Assembly (NCBI GenBank): GCA_016212585.1
Contig: JACRFU010000062.1
Coordinates: 1 to 43,303 of the forward strand
Source: Candidatus Magasanikiibacteriota bacterium
GTDB taxonomy: Bacteria; Patescibacteriota; Patescibacteriia; Magasanikbacterales; UBA10146
Direction of reading: 5' to 3'
Length of the DNA: 43,303 bases
The position numbers and the translations under genes are program-made. The stretch's first letter is position 1. Every line of letters begins with the position of its first letter. The notes under the pieces are model-generated. The model ran no database searches, was not told where the DNA came from, and saw nothing but the letters and a program-made list of their open reading frames with translations. This document shows positions 40,949-43,303 of the stretch, in pieces.

Positions 40949-42550
40949 TTAAATAAGTGACTGACCGGTCATTTCCGGCGGCTGTTCAAGCCCCATAATT
41001 TTTAAAATGGTCGGCGCGACATCCGCGAGCATCCCCACCGGCGCGGACAAACTCAAATCCCCTCCCATGACGTCGCCACCGGGGCCAGTCTGCCCTTCCC
41101 ATTGTTTGCCGATAATAATAAGCGGCACCGGATAGGTGCTATGCTCTTTATCAATCCCCCCTGTTTTCAAATTGATCATTTCTTCCACATTGCCGTGATC
41201 CGCGGTAAACACTGCCACATATCCTTTGGCAAGCGCCAAATCCGTAATCTGTCCGAGCGCTTTGTCTATTACCTCCAGGCTCTTTACTGCCGCGGGCAGG
41301 TTTCCCGTGTGCCCCACCATATCCGCGTTGGCAAAATTAATCGCAACAAGTCCATACGCGCCCTTTTCAATCGCTTTCAATGCTTCTTTGGCAATTTCCG
41401 GCGCGGACATTTCCGGCTTTTGATCATAACCGGACACATGCGGCGAGGGAATAATCATTCGCTCCTCCCCGGGGAACGGTTCTTCCACGGTGCCATTCAA
41501 AAAAAATGTAATGTGCGCGTATTTTTCCGTTTCCGCCACATGAAATTGTGATAATCCAGCGTTTGCAACAACTTCCGCCAAACAATTGATAATCACATCC
41601 GGCGGGAACACCACCTCAACAGGCAAACTTTTTTCAAACTCCGCCATGGTAACAAACAATAAATTTTTGTATTCACGCGCCGTGAACTTATCAAAACTGG
41701 GAAGCGCGAACGCTTTGGTCAATTCGCGCGCGCGGTCCGGACGAAAATTAAAAAATACCACCGCGTCGTTGTCTTCCACCGTTGCCACCGGCTTGCCGCC
41801 ATCGGTAATGGTTACGGGAGCAAACTGCTCATCATATACTTCTTTTGCATACGAAGCTTTGATAGCTTCCGCGGGGTCTTTTGCTTGTTCTCCCTTGCCT
41901 TCCGCAATGGCGCGATATGTTTTTTCTATACGGTCCCATCGATTATCTCTGTCCAAAGCATAAAAACGACCCGCCAAACTGGCAACGCGGCCAACTCCGT
42001 ATTCTTTGATTTTTGCCTGCAACCTCTCCAAAGACGCGCCGCCTCCGTTAAACAATGCGTCGCGGCCGTCCAAAAACATGTGGATGTAGACTTCTTTAAT
42101 TTTTTGTTCCGCGGCAAATTTTAAAAGCGCGTACAAATGCTCCTCTGCAGAGTGTACGTTGCCGTTGCTCACCATGCCCATCAAATGCAAACGAGATTTA
42201 TTTTTTTTGACATGCGCGGCGGCCTTGAGAAGTGTTTCGTTTTTATCAAACGCGCCGCTGGAAATAGACTGATTGATGCGCAACAATGTTTGATAATATA
42301 CGCGTCCTGCGCCAATGTTCAAATGTCCTACCTCGGAATTGCCCATCTGCCCCCACTCCAACCCCACCTCATTACCGGAAGCAATGATAGTCATGGCAGG
42401 GTAAGTTTTGAGCAATCGGTTAAACACCGGCAATTTGGCCTGTGTAATGGCGTTGCCGTCCGAGGGCGGCGCAACGCCCCAGCCGTCGCAAATAATGAGA
42501 ACAACAGGCTGAATTTGCGCTTTATTTGGCTGATTTGTATCTGTTGGCAT
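40949..42550 (-). CDS. gpmI: 2,3-bisphosphoglycerate-independent phosphoglycerate mutase
   Basis: DGWG, MGNSEVGH, DGRD, ETEKYAH, DMVGHTG and TADHGN. Confidence 0.97.
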   Translation of the reverse strand: MPTDTNQPNKAQIQPVVLIICDGWGVAPPSDGNAITQAKLPVFNRLLKTYPAMTIIASGNEVGLEWGQMGNSEVGHLNIGAGRVYYQTLLRINQSISSGAFDKNETLLKAAAHVKKNKSRLHLMGMVSNGNVHSAEEHLYALLKFAAEQKIKEVYIHMFLDGRDALFNGGGASLERLQAKIKEYGVGRVASLAGRFYALDRDNRWDRIEKTYRAIAEGKGEQAKDPAEAIKASYAKEVYDEQFAPVTITDGGKPVATVEDNDAVVFFNFRPDRARELTKAFALPSFDKFTAREYKNLLFVTMAEFEKSLPVEVVFPPDVIINCLAEVVANAGLSQFHVAETEKYAHITFFLNGTVEEPFPGEERMIIPSPHVSGYDQKPEMSAPEIAKEALKAIEKGAYGLVAINFANADMVGHTGNLPAAVKSLEVIDKALGQITDLALAKGYVAVFTADHGNVEEMINLKTGGIDKEHSTYPVPLIIIGKQWEGQTGPGGDVMGGDLSLSAPVGMLADVAPTILKIMGLEQPPEMTGQSLI

Positions 42551-42606
42551 AGTGGGGGCAGTATATCAAAAACCAGCTTGATTGTAAATTAACCAGCCCT
42601 CGCTGA

Positions 42607-43161
42607 CTAGACAATTACTGACACTTGTTTCCCCTCAATCTCATATTTCTGATCACTGTGACTGCCTCCTATCGTATCCACATATTCAGTGGTACCCGGC
42701 CCGCCGTAAGATTTTAAGACATGACCGTACGGCTTCAATGAATAATTCTCGTTAAATTTACCCGATATCACCAAAGGCAATCCCATCTGCCGTGTTTTTT
42801 CTTCTGCAACACTAAAAAGCACATCATTGACAACTTGAATTGGAGCGCCCTCGCGATGGTAACTTCGTTCCAAGTGCACCACCGGCGTTTTTGATTCTTC
42901 ATCATAAAGAATGCGGAGAATTGATCTGCCCATAATCTCTCCGTCAACGTCGCGCACAAAAATTGTTTTAATCTTTCCGTCCATTACGTAAGAAATCAAA
43001 TTACGGTTTAAATACGGCGAACCGTTCACATTTTGGCATGAACCCGAGACATCGTTTCCCATGCGCAGTAAAATGTCAGGGTCTTCTGATTCTTCTGCCA
43101 CCAATCCTTCCGTGTTTTGTTTCTCTTGGCCTTTTTTGAGGGTACGCACTACTCCTTGCAT
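42607..43161 (-). CDS. Hypothetical protein, probably the C-terminal fragment of a larger gene
   Basis: 184-aa ORF (GSCQ, GRSILRIL) starting abruptly next to a putative IS end. Confidence 0.55.
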   Translation of the reverse strand: MQGVVRTLKKGQEKQNTEGLVAEESEDPDILLRMGNDVSGSCQNVNGSPYLNRNLISYVMDGKIKTIFVRDVDGEIMGRSILRILYDEESKTPVVHLERSYHREGAPIQVVNDVLFSVAEEKTRQMGLPLVISGKFNENYSLKPYGHVLKSYGGPGTTEYVDTIGGSHSDQKYEIEGKQVSVIV

Positions 43162-43233
43162 GCATAACTGTCCAAAGTCCTGAAAAATATGCTAAAATAA
43201 AGGCAAAAGTGGTGAAAATTTAATCAAACTACT

Positions 43234-43303
43234 ATGCCAAAAACAAAGTCTATCACAGCTGAAGAGATCATCGGGCTTGTGCCGGATGAAATGCTTGACC
43301 GAT
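43234..43303 (+). CDS. Start of an ORF cut by the window edge, possibly an IS4-family transposase
   Basis: MPKTKSITAEEIIGLVPDEMLDR...; resemblance to IS4-type N-termini is from memory only. Confidence 0.35.
   Translation, partial: MPKTKSITAEEIIGLVPDEMLDR

Overview
This 43.3-kb window most likely comes from a Patescibacteria (CPR) genome. The inference rests on the absence of rpmD/L30 between rpsE and rplO, SD-less AT-rich translation starts and extended ribosomal proteins. The core is the minus-strand str-S10-spc ribosomal cluster (rpsL to secY). It is split between fusA and tuf by a 4.6-kb accessory block (AbiEi/AbiEii, P1B ATPase, MNT/HEPN). The flanks carry msrB, a degraded second AbiE pair, a cyclase, a Phd/RelE-type TA pair, a guaB1-like gene, ndk, a UvrD/PcrA helicase, tgt, an internally deleted queA, three PEP-utilizer (His-swivel) genes, mltG, an M1P guanylyltransferase, PAP2 and gpmI. 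The most notable unexplained signal is a set of non-coding, roughly 55-180 bp palindromic elements. Family A has 9 copies, family B 3, family E 2, and there are singletons C and D. Several have 5-bp target-site duplications, and one copy demonstrably disrupts a gene. Their paired arms differ between copies yet stay complementary within each copy. They sit in the minimal spacers of the ribosomal operon and even supply stop codons to rpsC and ndk. A 440-aa ORF with divergent RelA/SpoT synthetase-like motifs is a second candidate for novelty.
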